Assembly (NCBI GenBank): GCA_038065415.1
Contig: JBBTRA010000002.1
Coordinates: forward strand, 13,646 to 77,645
Length of the DNA stretch: 64,000 nt
Direction of reading: 5' to 3'
Source of the DNA: Patescibacteria group bacterium
Lineage (GTDB): Bacteria; Patescibacteriota; Minisyncoccia; Phycocordibacterales; PALSA-1337
Part shown: positions 39,263-47,700 of the stretch, one piece after another
Position numbering within the stretch: the first letter of the stretch is position 1
How the letters are laid out: each line of letters starts with the position of its first letter
Position numbers and translations under genes: made by a program
The notes under the pieces: model-generated
Told to the model about the DNA's origin: nothing
Seen by the model: only the letters and a program-made list of their open reading frames with translations
Databases searched by the model: none

Positions 39263-40035
39263 ATTTTTCGGGCCGTCACAATATAGTCGAGAGTGATACC
39301 TTTCTTGCTGAAGATACGATCGAACACGAGGCCGATGATCTGTATTGGCGCACATACAATAGCTATGATTATGCGTGAACCAATGAATTTCAACTTATAT
39401 CTGAGGCCTGATAATCCACCACGATCGAGCAGGGAGTTTGTCCAGTCTATAAGGAAGTCAGACATAATCTGTGCACATGTTCCGAAAATACCTGTGGTGT
39501 GCTCGATCTTCTTGATCTCGAAGCCGCATTCCTTGAGTAGCTTCTGGTGTCCGAAGGAGGTGAATCTCTGAAAATCGTAGGGTTTTTCATGTTCGGGCCA
39601 TACAAATGGCATCGATAAAAATAGTGTTCCTCCGGGTTTGAGTACACGATGTATATCCTTGGTCAATTCGGGCAGGTACTCTACATGCTCGAATACCTCA
39701 GAGGCTATAACAATATCGAACTTCTCTGCAGGGAAAGGTATATTTTTACCATCGAAGAAAAGATCAGCATCCATAGCGCCACGATCATGGCCGCTTTCGG
39801 AAACTTCGATGCCGGTATACTCGTTCCCTTTGAAAAGTTGCTCGTAAGGCTTGATGCCGCAACCGACATCAAGGATGGAATTTCCGGGCTTGAGCGTTTT
39901 GGAGAACTCAAAGAATTTTCGGTATAGATGCCTTCGTGTGATAAAAAATGGGTTCAAGAATATTCCGAACCAGCGTGGGTTAAACGCGTGGGCATCCTCA
40001 ATCTGGCGTATTTTGTTTTCTATGAATTTCTTCAT
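39259..40035 (-). CDS. class I SAM-dependent methyltransferase
   Basis: ILDVGCGIKPY, EVFEHV, PFVWPEH..PYDF.R. Confidence 0.88.
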   Translation of the reverse strand: MKKFIENKIRQIEDAHAFNPRWFGIFLNPFFITRRHLYRKFFEFSKTLKPGNSILDVGCGIKPYEQLFKGNEYTGIEVSESGHDRGAMDADLFFDGKNIPFPAEKFDIVIASEVFEHVEYLPELTKDIHRVLKPGGTLFLSMPFVWPEHEKPYDFQRFTSFGHQKLLKECGFEIKKIEHTTGIFGTCAQIMSDFLIDWTNSLLDRGGLSGLRYKLKFIGSRIIIAIVCAPIQIIGLVFDRIFSKKGITLDYIVTARKI

Positions 40036-41141
40036 GATAGATTTTCTTGCAGCATGCTGCATAGTTCTCTCATCCGGTGCTCGTAGGTATGCTCGGTGAG
40101 TGTTCTGTGCTGCCCAGCCTTCGCTATCTGAGCTCGTTCGGACTCGTTCGTAAGATAGTACTGTATTTTTTGTACGAGATCCTCTGGTGAGTCATAGGTG
40201 ACCACTTCTTTTCCTGGCACGAATATATCCCCAATATTCTTTTTGTTATCGACCATAAGGAGGCATCCGACGCCCGTAGCTTCATACATACGCATATTGT
40301 TGGCGTAGTCTCCAGCCACTTTCTTCACATGTCCCGTTATGGTTATTTTGCTATTTCTCAATATGGAGAACATCTCTGAGCCCCATGCTTCGCCGTGATA
40401 ATTTTTCCGTATAGCTGACTCGGCGGGAAGGTTTTCAATCCCATAGCCCCATGCATCAAGCTTTATCGCGTGCGCGACTGCTTCCAAGGTGCGGTTGCGG
40501 TCTGCGTGAATCTGATCATAGCCTCCGATGTGGGTGATGTCATATGTCAACGCTGCTGGCTGTAGATTTTCCAATATAGTCTGATCGAATGCGAGCTTCA
40601 GATAGTAGGATTTTGTACCGTGATTGTGTAGGTACTCCACCTGATTTGGAAGAGAAGAAACTACAAAATCGTAGGGCTTGAAAGCGTCCATGGTTGGCAG
40701 TTTGCTGGCGATCTGGAGTACATAGAGTTTCGTCAGCTTCTTTATACGCATGTTGAATGCGGTATCGAGGTCGCGGGTAATCGAATATATAACATCGGGC
40801 TTATATGCGCGTACTTGGGCCTCGAGTATTTCTTCTTGCCAGCCCCATTTCTTGTGAATCAGGTAGTGCAGCTTTGCTGAAAGCGTAGGAGTTTTTTGCG
40901 GTGAATTTAAGGAGTGTTCCTTTATCCATGCTTTTTGTAGTCTTTCATTGTTCACGATGATCAATTCGACCTCATGTCCCAATAAGGAGAGTGCTCGTAC
41001 ACACGGGAGAGCTGGACCTGAATTTTCTTGTTCGAGAGCCTTTTTCTGCTCGACATACGAAAGCGACGACAGATTCGGATATTTCCGATAGGAATTCTCT
41101 ATATGTTCCTGATAGTCTGTGTCTATGACGAGTATCTTCAT
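40032..41141 (-). CDS. CgeB-family (Glyco_trans_1_2) glycosyltransferase
   Basis: NNMRMYEATGVG, F.PG.EVV.Y, IA..G..R...EHTY.HR. Confidence 0.85.
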   Translation of the reverse strand: MKILVIDTDYQEHIENSYRKYPNLSSLSYVEQKKALEQENSGPALPCVRALSLLGHEVELIIVNNERLQKAWIKEHSLNSPQKTPTLSAKLHYLIHKKWGWQEEILEAQVRAYKPDVIYSITRDLDTAFNMRIKKLTKLYVLQIASKLPTMDAFKPYDFVVSSLPNQVEYLHNHGTKSYYLKLAFDQTILENLQPAALTYDITHIGGYDQIHADRNRTLEAVAHAIKLDAWGYGIENLPAESAIRKNYHGEAWGSEMFSILRNSKITITGHVKKVAGDYANNMRMYEATGVGCLLMVDNKKNIGDIFVPGKEVVTYDSPEDLVQKIQYYLTNESERAQIAKAGQHRTLTEHTYEHRMRELCSMLQENLS

Positions 41142-41145
41142 GGAT

Positions 41146-41841
41146 TTATTCCTTAGTGAATACAGCTACGTATCCATTTGTTTTACTACGGGGCCATCCG
41201 GTCATTGTCCAGAACCACAGCGAGATACGATTGATGATCGATATACCTGGTAGCGGCCATGAGAATTCGAGTCCTTCGCGACGATTCCAATTGCTGATGA
41301 GATTGACTTGGTGTGCACCCTGCTTTTGTTGCTGCTCGAGGGTGAAATAGTGCATGATCGCCTTGGGTGGGTATGGCTTGATATGGTCGAGTTCATTGTA
41401 GAAACCAGGGTACATGAGAGGGCTTCGTATGATAACGATACCCCCCGGCTTTACCACACGGAAAAGTTCCTCAAGGAGAAGGGTTACTTCGGGATAACTG
41501 AAATGCTCGATGACATGTGCGCAGTGGACGATATCGAACGATGAGTCTGCGTAGGGCATTTTTGTTGCAGATGCTGCTGCAGTCTTGAACCCTTTTTCCG
41601 TGAGTTTTTGTGCGACGGTTGTGTTGACTTCGAGGCACTCGATGTCGAGCTTCTCTTTGGGGTGGATGGTGCGAAGCTTGAGAGGGAAGCGTCCGAGACC
41701 TGCTCCTACCTCGAGATATTTTGTGGGTACGCCTGTAGGAGTGTTTGAAGAGGGTGCCTCTATGGTGTGCACGATCGCATCGAGTGCAGGAGCATCTTCG
41801 CGCTCGACCGACTTCATGTTGTATCTATCTCGAATAGTCAT
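41146..41841 (-). CDS. class I SAM-dependent methyltransferase
   Basis: YLEVGAGLG, HVIEH, VKPGG. Confidence 0.85.
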   Translation of the reverse strand: MTIRDRYNMKSVEREDAPALDAIVHTIEAPSSNTPTGVPTKYLEVGAGLGRFPLKLRTIHPKEKLDIECLEVNTTVAQKLTEKGFKTAAASATKMPYADSSFDIVHCAHVIEHFSYPEVTLLLEELFRVVKPGGIVIIRSPLMYPGFYNELDHIKPYPPKAIMHYFTLEQQQKQGAHQVNLISNWNRREGLEFSWPLPGISIINRISLWFWTMTGWPRSKTNGYVAVFTKE

Positions 41842-41852
41842 ATGATTGATAG

Positions 41853-43127
41853 TTATTTCCGCTCTACGACACTCCACTTTTGGTCAATGAAGATGGGGCT
41901 ATGTGCGGTCTGCACGCCTGTGCCGTAATAGTCACCTTCATCAACACGGAACACGGCTACATTCTTGACATGGTCTTCACGATTTTCACCTGCATGGAGA
42001 TCCACTGAGACGCCATAGGTCCCTACATTGAGTGGGAACTTCTGGTCGATGCTACAGCGGATGACTCCTTTTTGTGGGAGGGTGGCAAATTGTTCTTTGG
42101 TCAGATTGGTCGAAGCGAGGATGAGTGGTGTACCAGACTCTGCAGTGATGGAGAAAGTTGCGTTCACGTCATTCACAGGAGACCCGTCAGTCGTATATTC
42201 GAAGCAGAGTGTGTATGAGCCTCCTGTCTTGAGTGTGTTGACCTTTTTGCCATTTTCCTCAATGAAGAATGAATCTATCTTCACGCGCCCCGCACCTTTG
42301 CGGTCATGGCGCATGCGGACATCGACACCTTTTTCGCGCACGAGCGGATCCTTGAGATACATGCTGATAATTTCATCAGTGTCTCCTGATGCTTTGACCA
42401 CACCCTTCTCGATGAGGATGCAACGGTTGCAGAGTTTCCTGACAGCTTCCATGTTGTGACTGACGAATAAGATCGTGCGGCCGTCCTCACGGGTGATCTG
42501 ATCCATTTTGCCGAGACATTTCTTCTGGAAATCGGCATCGCCCACAGCGAGCACCTCATCGATGATGAGGATGTCTGGCTCCATGTGTGCTGCCACCGAG
42601 AAGGCGAGGCGTACGTACATACCGCTGGAATAGTATTTTACCGGCGTATCGAGGAATTTTTCGATCTCTGCAAATCTGACGATCGCATCGAACTTGGAGG
42701 CCATCTCTTTTCGGGTCATGCCGAGGATGGCGCCATTCAAGAATATGTTCTCGCGGCCAGTGAGTTCCGGATGGAAGCCGGTTCCGACTTCGAGCAGGCT
42801 GCCGACCTTGCCGTGAAGCGTGATCTCGCCTTCGGTGGGCGAGGTGATCTGGGAGAGGATCTTGAGTAGGGTAGATTTTCCGGCCCCATTGTGACCGATG
42901 ATGCCGACCACTTCACCAGGATTCACTGTGAAGTTGATATCTTTGAGTGCCCAGAAGACCTCTTTCTTGGTGAGCCCTGTCATATCCTTGAATTTCGAGC
43001 CGAGGTAACGCAAGGGATGCTTGAATGCATCGGTGATCACGTCGCGCAGAGCGATATATCCACCACGTTCATGTGTGATCTTGTAGCTCTTGGCGATATT
43101 CTTTACTTCGATGATGGGGGAGGACAT
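41853..43127 (-). CDS. wzt: polysaccharide ABC exporter ATPase with C-terminal Wzt_C-like domain
   Basis: GHNGAGKS, YSSGM signature, IIDE, VSH; C-terminal beta-rich extension. Confidence 0.93.
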   Translation of the reverse strand: MSSPIIEVKNIAKSYKITHERGGYIALRDVITDAFKHPLRYLGSKFKDMTGLTKKEVFWALKDINFTVNPGEVVGIIGHNGAGKSTLLKILSQITSPTEGEITLHGKVGSLLEVGTGFHPELTGRENIFLNGAILGMTRKEMASKFDAIVRFAEIEKFLDTPVKYYSSGMYVRLAFSVAAHMEPDILIIDEVLAVGDADFQKKCLGKMDQITREDGRTILFVSHNMEAVRKLCNRCILIEKGVVKASGDTDEIISMYLKDPLVREKGVDVRMRHDRKGAGRVKIDSFFIEENGKKVNTLKTGGSYTLCFEYTTDGSPVNDVNATFSITAESGTPLILASTNLTKEQFATLPQKGVIRCSIDQKFPLNVGTYGVSVDLHAGENREDHVKNVAVFRVDEGDYYGTGVQTAHSPIFIDQKWSVVERK

Positions 43128-43141
43128 ATATATATAGAATG

Positions 43142-43963
43142 TTAGACGATATCAGCGAAGTACCTCTCGACCTTTTTGAAGACATAGATTCCCACAATGA
43201 GCAGTATGAAGCAGGCGATGAGCGAGATGCCAAGGAGGAGCCAGTTGATCGGCGCGGTACCGAGGAGTGCCGCGCGGGCATTCTGGATGACTCCCATCAT
43301 CGGGTTGATGGCCAAGAATTTCGAATATGCTCCGGCGATCGAGGCGGGGTAGATGACCGGAGTTACGAAGAGGAGGAGCTGAATGAAGAAAGGCAGTGCG
43401 TAACGGACGTCACGGTATTTTACATTGATCGAGGCAAGGATCAGTCCACCGCCAACCGCTGCCATGAAAGTGATGAGAAGGAGAAGCGGTATGAGAAGCA
43501 GGCCGCTGATGTGCGGCGTATATCCATAGTAGAACATCAGGCCGACGAGGATGGCCGCAGCAATGGCAAAATCTACGAGCTTGGTGATGACCGAGGAGAT
43601 GGGGAGTATGAGGCGCGGGAAGTAGACCTTGGTGATGATTGCCTGGTTGCTGATGAGTACATTGCTGGTGTCGCCGAGCGCGCTCGAGAAAAATTGCCAG
43701 AAAATAAGACCGACATAGACGAAGATCGGGTAGGGGACGCCGTCAGAAGGCATCTTGGCTAGTCCTCCGAAGAAGATGGAGAAGACCACCATGGTGATGA
43801 AAGGTTGGAATATTGCCCAGCCTGCACCGATGACAGTCTGCTTGTAGCGGACCTTGAGGTCACGCCAGGTGAAGAAGTAAAGGAGCTCCTTGTAGTTCCA
43901 GAGTTCGCGGAGATCCGAGAAATGGAATATCTTCTTTGGTTTGATAGTCGTGATGATGCTCAT
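43142..43963 (-). CDS. wzm: polysaccharide ABC exporter permease
   Basis: RDLKVRYKQT..G..W...QP, KVYFPR, YRD, TPVIY, NP. Confidence 0.93.
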   Translation of the reverse strand: MSIITTIKPKKIFHFSDLRELWNYKELLYFFTWRDLKVRYKQTVIGAGWAIFQPFITMVVFSIFFGGLAKMPSDGVPYPIFVYVGLIFWQFFSSALGDTSNVLISNQAIITKVYFPRLILPISSVITKLVDFAIAAAILVGLMFYYGYTPHISGLLLIPLLLLITFMAAVGGGLILASINVKYRDVRYALPFFIQLLLFVTPVIYPASIAGAYSKFLAINPMMGVIQNARAALLGTAPINWLLLGISLIACFILLIVGIYVFKKVERYFADIV

Positions 43964-44012
43964 GAGAGAAATGTATTCTAGCACTTTTTACCCAGTAGGT
44001 GATCCTGCTGGA

Positions 44013-44261
44013 TCACCACTTATTTATCTTGTCCACGACCTTCTTCTTGAGACCGAGGTATGACTTGACTGCTTCTTGTTCGAGTTCAGGGGAGAGGACG
44101 CGGAGTATTTCTTTGCCGAGGATACGATACTGCCCGCCGACTTTGTTGGCGCGGAGGAGTCCTTTCTTGAGCATGCGCTTGATCGTGCTCTCGCTTACAC
44201 GGAGTATGTCTTGTGTTTCGCTTGTCGTATAGACGCCATGAGGTTTTATCTCTTCTGTCAT
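44013..44261 (-). CDS. excisionase-like (HTH_17/BldC-like) DNA-binding protein
   Basis: YTTSETQDILRVSESTIKRMLKKGLLRANKVGGQYRI. Confidence 0.88.
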   Translation of the reverse strand: MTEEIKPHGVYTTSETQDILRVSESTIKRMLKKGLLRANKVGGQYRILGKEILRVLSPELEQEAVKSYLGLKKKVVDKINKW

Positions 44262-44269
44262 AGAGCTCT

Positions 44270-44297
44270 ATTCTAGCAAAGTGTCAAAAGGTGTCAA
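44270..44297 (-). promoter_or_regulatory. promoter of the HTH gene, overlapped by 10-bp-phased direct repeats
   Basis: Minus strand TTGACA(44297-92)-16 bp-TAGAAT(44275-70), 8 nt before ATG. GTGTCAA at 44281 and 44291. Confidence 0.65.
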
Positions 44298-44364
44298 GTT
44301 GGTTCACTAGTAAAAAGCCTTTGATTGGGGCCCTATTTAAGCTTTAATTAGCGCTCTATAAATA

Positions 44365-44393
44365 TTGACAAATAGCATTATATATGCTATACT
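44365..44393 (+). promoter_or_regulatory. sigma70 promoter with a palindrome in the spacer
   Basis: TTGACA(44365-70)-17 bp-TATACT(44388-93). ATAGCAT-n5-ATGCTAT at 44372-44390. Confidence 0.7.
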
Positions 44394-44465
44394 TAGTACA
44401 GGATTTAAGCTCCCAATTGTGGGAGATTCGTGGGTATAACCAAAAACAAAAAGAGGACATTTACA

Positions 44466-44801
44466 ATGAAATATCGTATTACATTAGCGGCCGTTGTGAT
44501 GTGTCGCCCCGATGTTGCTCGACAACTCGGCTTCATTCCGGCGACGGACAAAGAAATCGTACTCGACACGCAGGATGGTTTGGGAAGGGAGATCTGGTTC
44601 GGGTATCTTTCTGAGCGGCAGAAGCAACAACAGGAGCCGCTTTCCGAGGACAGCTGGTTGAAAATCCGTGTTCCGGAAGACGGCGATCCGCTCAACGAAA
44701 TCCATAAATTTGCCGAGGCGGTCAATTTATTCTTTCGGTTTATGGCCGATGGGATTCGGGACAACTGTCTTGCGGTAAGAAGGATTGAGGTCATGGTCTA
44801 A
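44466..44801 (+). CDS. hypothetical protein (111 aa)
   Basis: Own promoter, GAGGA SD before ATG 44466 and own terminator. No motif. Confidence 0.7.
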   Translation: MKYRITLAAVVMCRPDVARQLGFIPATDKEIVLDTQDGLGREIWFGYLSERQKQQQEPLSEDSWLKIRVPEDGDPLNEIHKFAEAVNLFFRFMADGIRDNCLAVRRIEVMV

Positions 44802-44803
44802 CC

Positions 44804-44847
44804 ACCGTTACATATCAATGGGAAACCGTTGATGTGTAACGGTTTTT
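44804..44847 (+). terminator. intrinsic terminator
   Basis: ACCGTTACATATCAATGG-gaaa-CCGTTGATGTGTAACGGT followed by TTTT. Confidence 0.8.
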
Positions 44848-44956
44848 CATTTGCGGAGCTTCCTCGTGGCGGCGTCGATTACATGTCCGTGGCATGTTTG
44901 GGATAGGCGTGGTATATTTTGCGGTACTTACCAAATAACCATCAGCGTCCATTACT

Positions 44957-47170
44957 ATGAACCTCCAGAAAATCCTCCGTTCGTTGTCCGTTGGTCTCAT
45001 TTTTCTCATACCTATCTTCCCACTGATCGTCGCGGACGGGTTCTTCTTTCCATTTATTACGGGCAAAGCGTTCTATTTCCGCATCTTGGTTGAGGTTGCT
45101 TTCGTTGCATGGATCCTGTTGGCATTTCTTGATGCAAAGTATCGTCCTCGATTCACCGCGCTTACCATCAGTGTAACGCTCTTCGCTGTCATCACCCTGA
45201 TCGCCGATCTTCTCGGAGTCAATCCAGTCCGCAGTATGGTCTCAAACTTCGAGCGCATGGAGGGCTGGTTGGTTATTGCTCATCTCTGGATGTTCTACAT
45301 GACCGCTACTCATCTTTTTGGCCATGATGAAGAGGGTAAGCGCATGTGGCGTCGTTGGTTCAACTTCTCGCTGGGTGTCGCGGTCGTAGTAGTAGGATAC
45401 GCGTTTGCTCAGATGTTTGGCTGGGCGGAGATTCATCAGGGTAGTGTCCGTCTCGATGCTTCACTCGGCAATGCTGCATATCTTGCGGTGTACATGCTCA
45501 TGCATGTAGGTATAGCTGCGTACCTCTCCTTCGTTGCCTATGCCGGCAAGATCGCTAATGCTAGTTTTCTGAAGTGGGCGTATCCGCTCCTGGCGCTTGT
45601 ATTCAGCTTCATTATTATCCAAACACAGACTCGCGGAACGATCATCGGCTTGGCAGGTGGTGCTCTGCTCGCCCTTGCTCTATATGCTCTCTTTGCCAAG
45701 AAAGAGTCGATACGCTCCCGTTCTATAGCGGCTGGTGCCATTGGCCTCATCTTGGTACTTACTGGTGCACTCTTCTTGAGCCGCGATACAGCCTTCGTCA
45801 AGAATAGCCCGTCCCTCAACCGTATCGCATCTATCTCGCTCACTGATACCAAGACGCAGGCACGTGCCTATGTGTGGCCGATGGCTCTCAAGGGCTTCAC
45901 TGAGCGCCCAATTCTCGGATGGGGTCAGGAGAATTTCAACTATGTGTTCAATCAGCACTACAATCCGAAGATGTGGAATCAAGAGCAGTGGTTCGACCGC
46001 GCTCACAGCGTCTTCCTTGATTGGTTGGTCGCGTCAGGGGCTGTTGGTGTGCTCTCGTATCTCGCACTCTATGTTTTTGCACTCATGGCTGTGTGGAAGT
46101 CGAGGATTACTATAGCTGAGAAGAGCACTCTCACGGGTCTCATCGTGGGATATGCTGTCCACAATATTTTCGTGTTCGACAACCTCGCCAGCTACGTCTT
46201 CTTCTTTGCGATCCTGGGATTTGCCGGTTCACTCGGATCTGCTGAACGATCTTCCAAGTCCAAAGTAGAGAAGTGGCTCGAGACCAAGACATTCAGCCGT
46301 GATGCAGTCGAGTATATCGTCGCCCCGATCGCTATCGTCGCGCTCGCTGCAGGAATATACTTTCTTAATGTTCGTAATATTCAAGCCAACACTAGCTTGA
46401 TAGACGCTTTGAGAGCGTGCTCCACGGCTGGTCGTGCGGATATTGCGCTTTTTGAAGGTCTTTTCAAGATTGATTCCGCAATGGCTGCTCAGGAAGCACG
46501 TGAACAGCTCATTTCATGTGCTACTGGCGTAGTTAGCAACCCATATCCAGGTCCGGTCAAGCAAGCTTTCTACGATCTGACAGTCAAGCAGATCCAGGAA
46601 CAGATTGCGGATGCTCCCGAAGATGCACGCATGTATATTCTCGGAGGTCTCTTCCTGAGCAATCTCAATCAGACCGCAGAAGCGAAGAAGCTCCTTGAGA
46701 AGGCTCGCGAACTGACTCCAGGTAAGCAGGCGGTAGCATTCCAGCTCGCCACTTTGTATGTGGCCGAGGGCAAGAAGGATGAAGCACTTGCATTGCTCAA
46801 GACAGCGTATGATGCAGATCCTACATATGATGATGCTCGCTCAGCATATGCAACCTCTATGATTATTGCCGGCAAGGATGCTGAGGCGCGCGTGCAGTTC
46901 GATAATGACCCTACTATCTTCGAGACCCAGCGCGCAGCTCAGGCATATGCCTCGCTCAAGCAGTATGATAAGGCGATAGCTATATACAATAGGCTTATCG
47001 CTGCCGATGCCAAGAACGTCAATCTCCGTACGGCACTTGCACAGACACAGTATTCTGCTGGCATGACCTGGTCAGCGACTGAGACTTTGCGCGCTATTGC
47101 CAAGGATTTCCCTGAGTACAAGGAACAGATAGATGCTGCTATCAAGGAGGTACAGGCTGGCGCAAAATAG
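44957..47170 (+). CDS. O-antigen ligase/oligosaccharyltransferase-like (Wzy_C) membrane protein with C-terminal TPRs
   Basis: Many TM segments, LGNAAY, TQTRG, R..VW, PILGWGQENF, DRAHS; helical TPR-like tail. Confidence 0.88.
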   Translation: MNLQKILRSLSVGLIFLIPIFPLIVADGFFFPFITGKAFYFRILVEVAFVAWILLAFLDAKYRPRFTALTISVTLFAVITLIADLLGVNPVRSMVSNFERMEGWLVIAHLWMFYMTATHLFGHDEEGKRMWRRWFNFSLGVAVVVVGYAFAQMFGWAEIHQGSVRLDASLGNAAYLAVYMLMHVGIAAYLSFVAYAGKIANASFLKWAYPLLALVFSFIIIQTQTRGTIIGLAGGALLALALYALFAKKESIRSRSIAAGAIGLILVLTGALFLSRDTAFVKNSPSLNRIASISLTDTKTQARAYVWPMALKGFTERPILGWGQENFNYVFNQHYNPKMWNQEQWFDRAHSVFLDWLVASGAVGVLSYLALYVFALMAVWKSRITIAEKSTLTGLIVGYAVHNIFVFDNLASYVFFFAILGFAGSLGSAERSSKSKVEKWLETKTFSRDAVEYIVAPIAIVALAAGIYFLNVRNIQANTSLIDALRACSTAGRADIALFEGLFKIDSAMAAQEAREQLISCATGVVSNPYPGPVKQAFYDLTVKQIQEQIADAPEDARMYILGGLFLSNLNQTAEAKKLLEKARELTPGKQAVAFQLATLYVAEGKKDEALALLKTAYDADPTYDDARSAYATSMIIAGKDAEARVQFDNDPTIFETQRAAQAYASLKQYDKAIAIYNRLIAADAKNVNLRTALAQTQYSAGMTWSATETLRAIAKDFPEYKEQIDAAIKEVQAGAK

Positions 47171-47174
47171 GCTC

Positions 47175-47202
47175 TTGACTCGATAGAGGGCAGTGATATA
47201 CT
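47175..47202 (+). promoter_or_regulatory. sigma70 promoter with no adjacent ORF
   Basis: TTGACT(47175-80)-16 bp-TATACT(47197-202) with extended -10 TG. Confidence 0.6.
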
Positions 47203-47206
47203 AGCG

Positions 47207-47279
47207 ATGTGAGTACCCATGTGTGGGACTTCCAATAAATAAATGTTTCGCAAAGTCCCGCCCTCGGCGGGCTTTTGCG
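47207..47279 (+). ncRNA. candidate ~70-nt small RNA
   Basis: Promoter, CCCA-tgtg-TGGG hairpin, A-rich segment, then terminator CCCGCC-ctc-GGCGGG-CTTTT. Complementary to the murB leader. Confidence 0.45.
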
Positions 47280-47370
47280 TAATTCACCGCGCGAATTCCA
47301 TCATATTCAAATAACAAGAGGAATGTGGGCTCGGAAAACGCTTGGAGTCCAGTACATAGTTTCTTCAATT

Positions 47371-47495
47371 TTTTTCATTCACAGAAATGAATTTTTGTGC
47401 TGTAGAATGTTGAGGTTTGGGGCCGTCGTTTGGCATACTACACCACATCAAAAGAAGAAGTTGCCGAAGAAAATTTTTTGGAAAAGTGCTTCCTC
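47371..47495. repeat. dispersed non-coding repeat, copy 2 (inverted relative to 9373-9500)
   Basis: See copy 1: 76/95 ungapped identity. Confidence 0.8.
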
Positions 47496-47564
47496 GTGAC
47501 GTGGACAATGAGGCCTTTGTCACCACCCAGAAGGGTCTCGGCATACTCAGTGAATCTCTACTAT

Positions 47565-47593
47565 TTGATTGTATGTGTACATTTGTATATAAT
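47565..47593 (+). promoter_or_regulatory. murB promoter
   Basis: TTGATT(47565-70)-17 bp-TATAAT(47588-93). Confidence 0.7.
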
Positions 47594-47605
47594 TGCGAAT
47601 AGATT

Positions 47606-47687
47606 GTACCAAGTGACGGCGACGGCTGTACTCACATAAATTTAAACATTTTATTTGGAGCTCGCACCCGTCGCCATCAGTTGGCGC
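47606..47687 (+). promoter_or_regulatory. long hairpin in the predicted murB 5' UTR
   Basis: CCAAgTGAcGGCGACGG (47609-47625) pairs with CCGTCGCCaTCAgTTGG (47668-47684), enclosing an AU-rich loop region. Confidence 0.6.
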
Positions 47688-47700
47688 AAAAACAACAATC

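Noticed and set aside
43139-43762. 207-aa plus-strand ORF and similar long antisense ORFs (e.g. 49249..50163, 52942..53661, 16173..16730, 19302..19850)
   Set aside because: Shadow ORFs opposite well-supported genes, with no motifs.
44013-44261. Prophage or ICE implied by the excisionase-like gene and coupling-protein-like ATPase
   Set aside because: No integrase, relaxase, structural phage genes or att-like repeats recognised.
47207-47279. Known riboswitch or ribozyme (preQ1, fluoride, hammerhead)
   Set aside because: Consensus cores not matched by eye. An alternative GGGACTT/AAGTCCC pairing could act as an antiterminator, but murB has its own promoter more than 280 bp downstream.
44858-47498. 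GCTTCCTCGTG near 44858 and at 47488 as a target-site duplication around the OTase gene
   Set aside because: A single 11-bp match with no mobile-element features; plausibly chance.
47275-47499. The dispersed repeat as a conserved small protein (ORFs 47275..47499 and 9330..9659)
   Set aside because: The two listed ORFs read the element in opposite senses, the differences are not biased to third codon positions, and stops interrupt equivalent frames.
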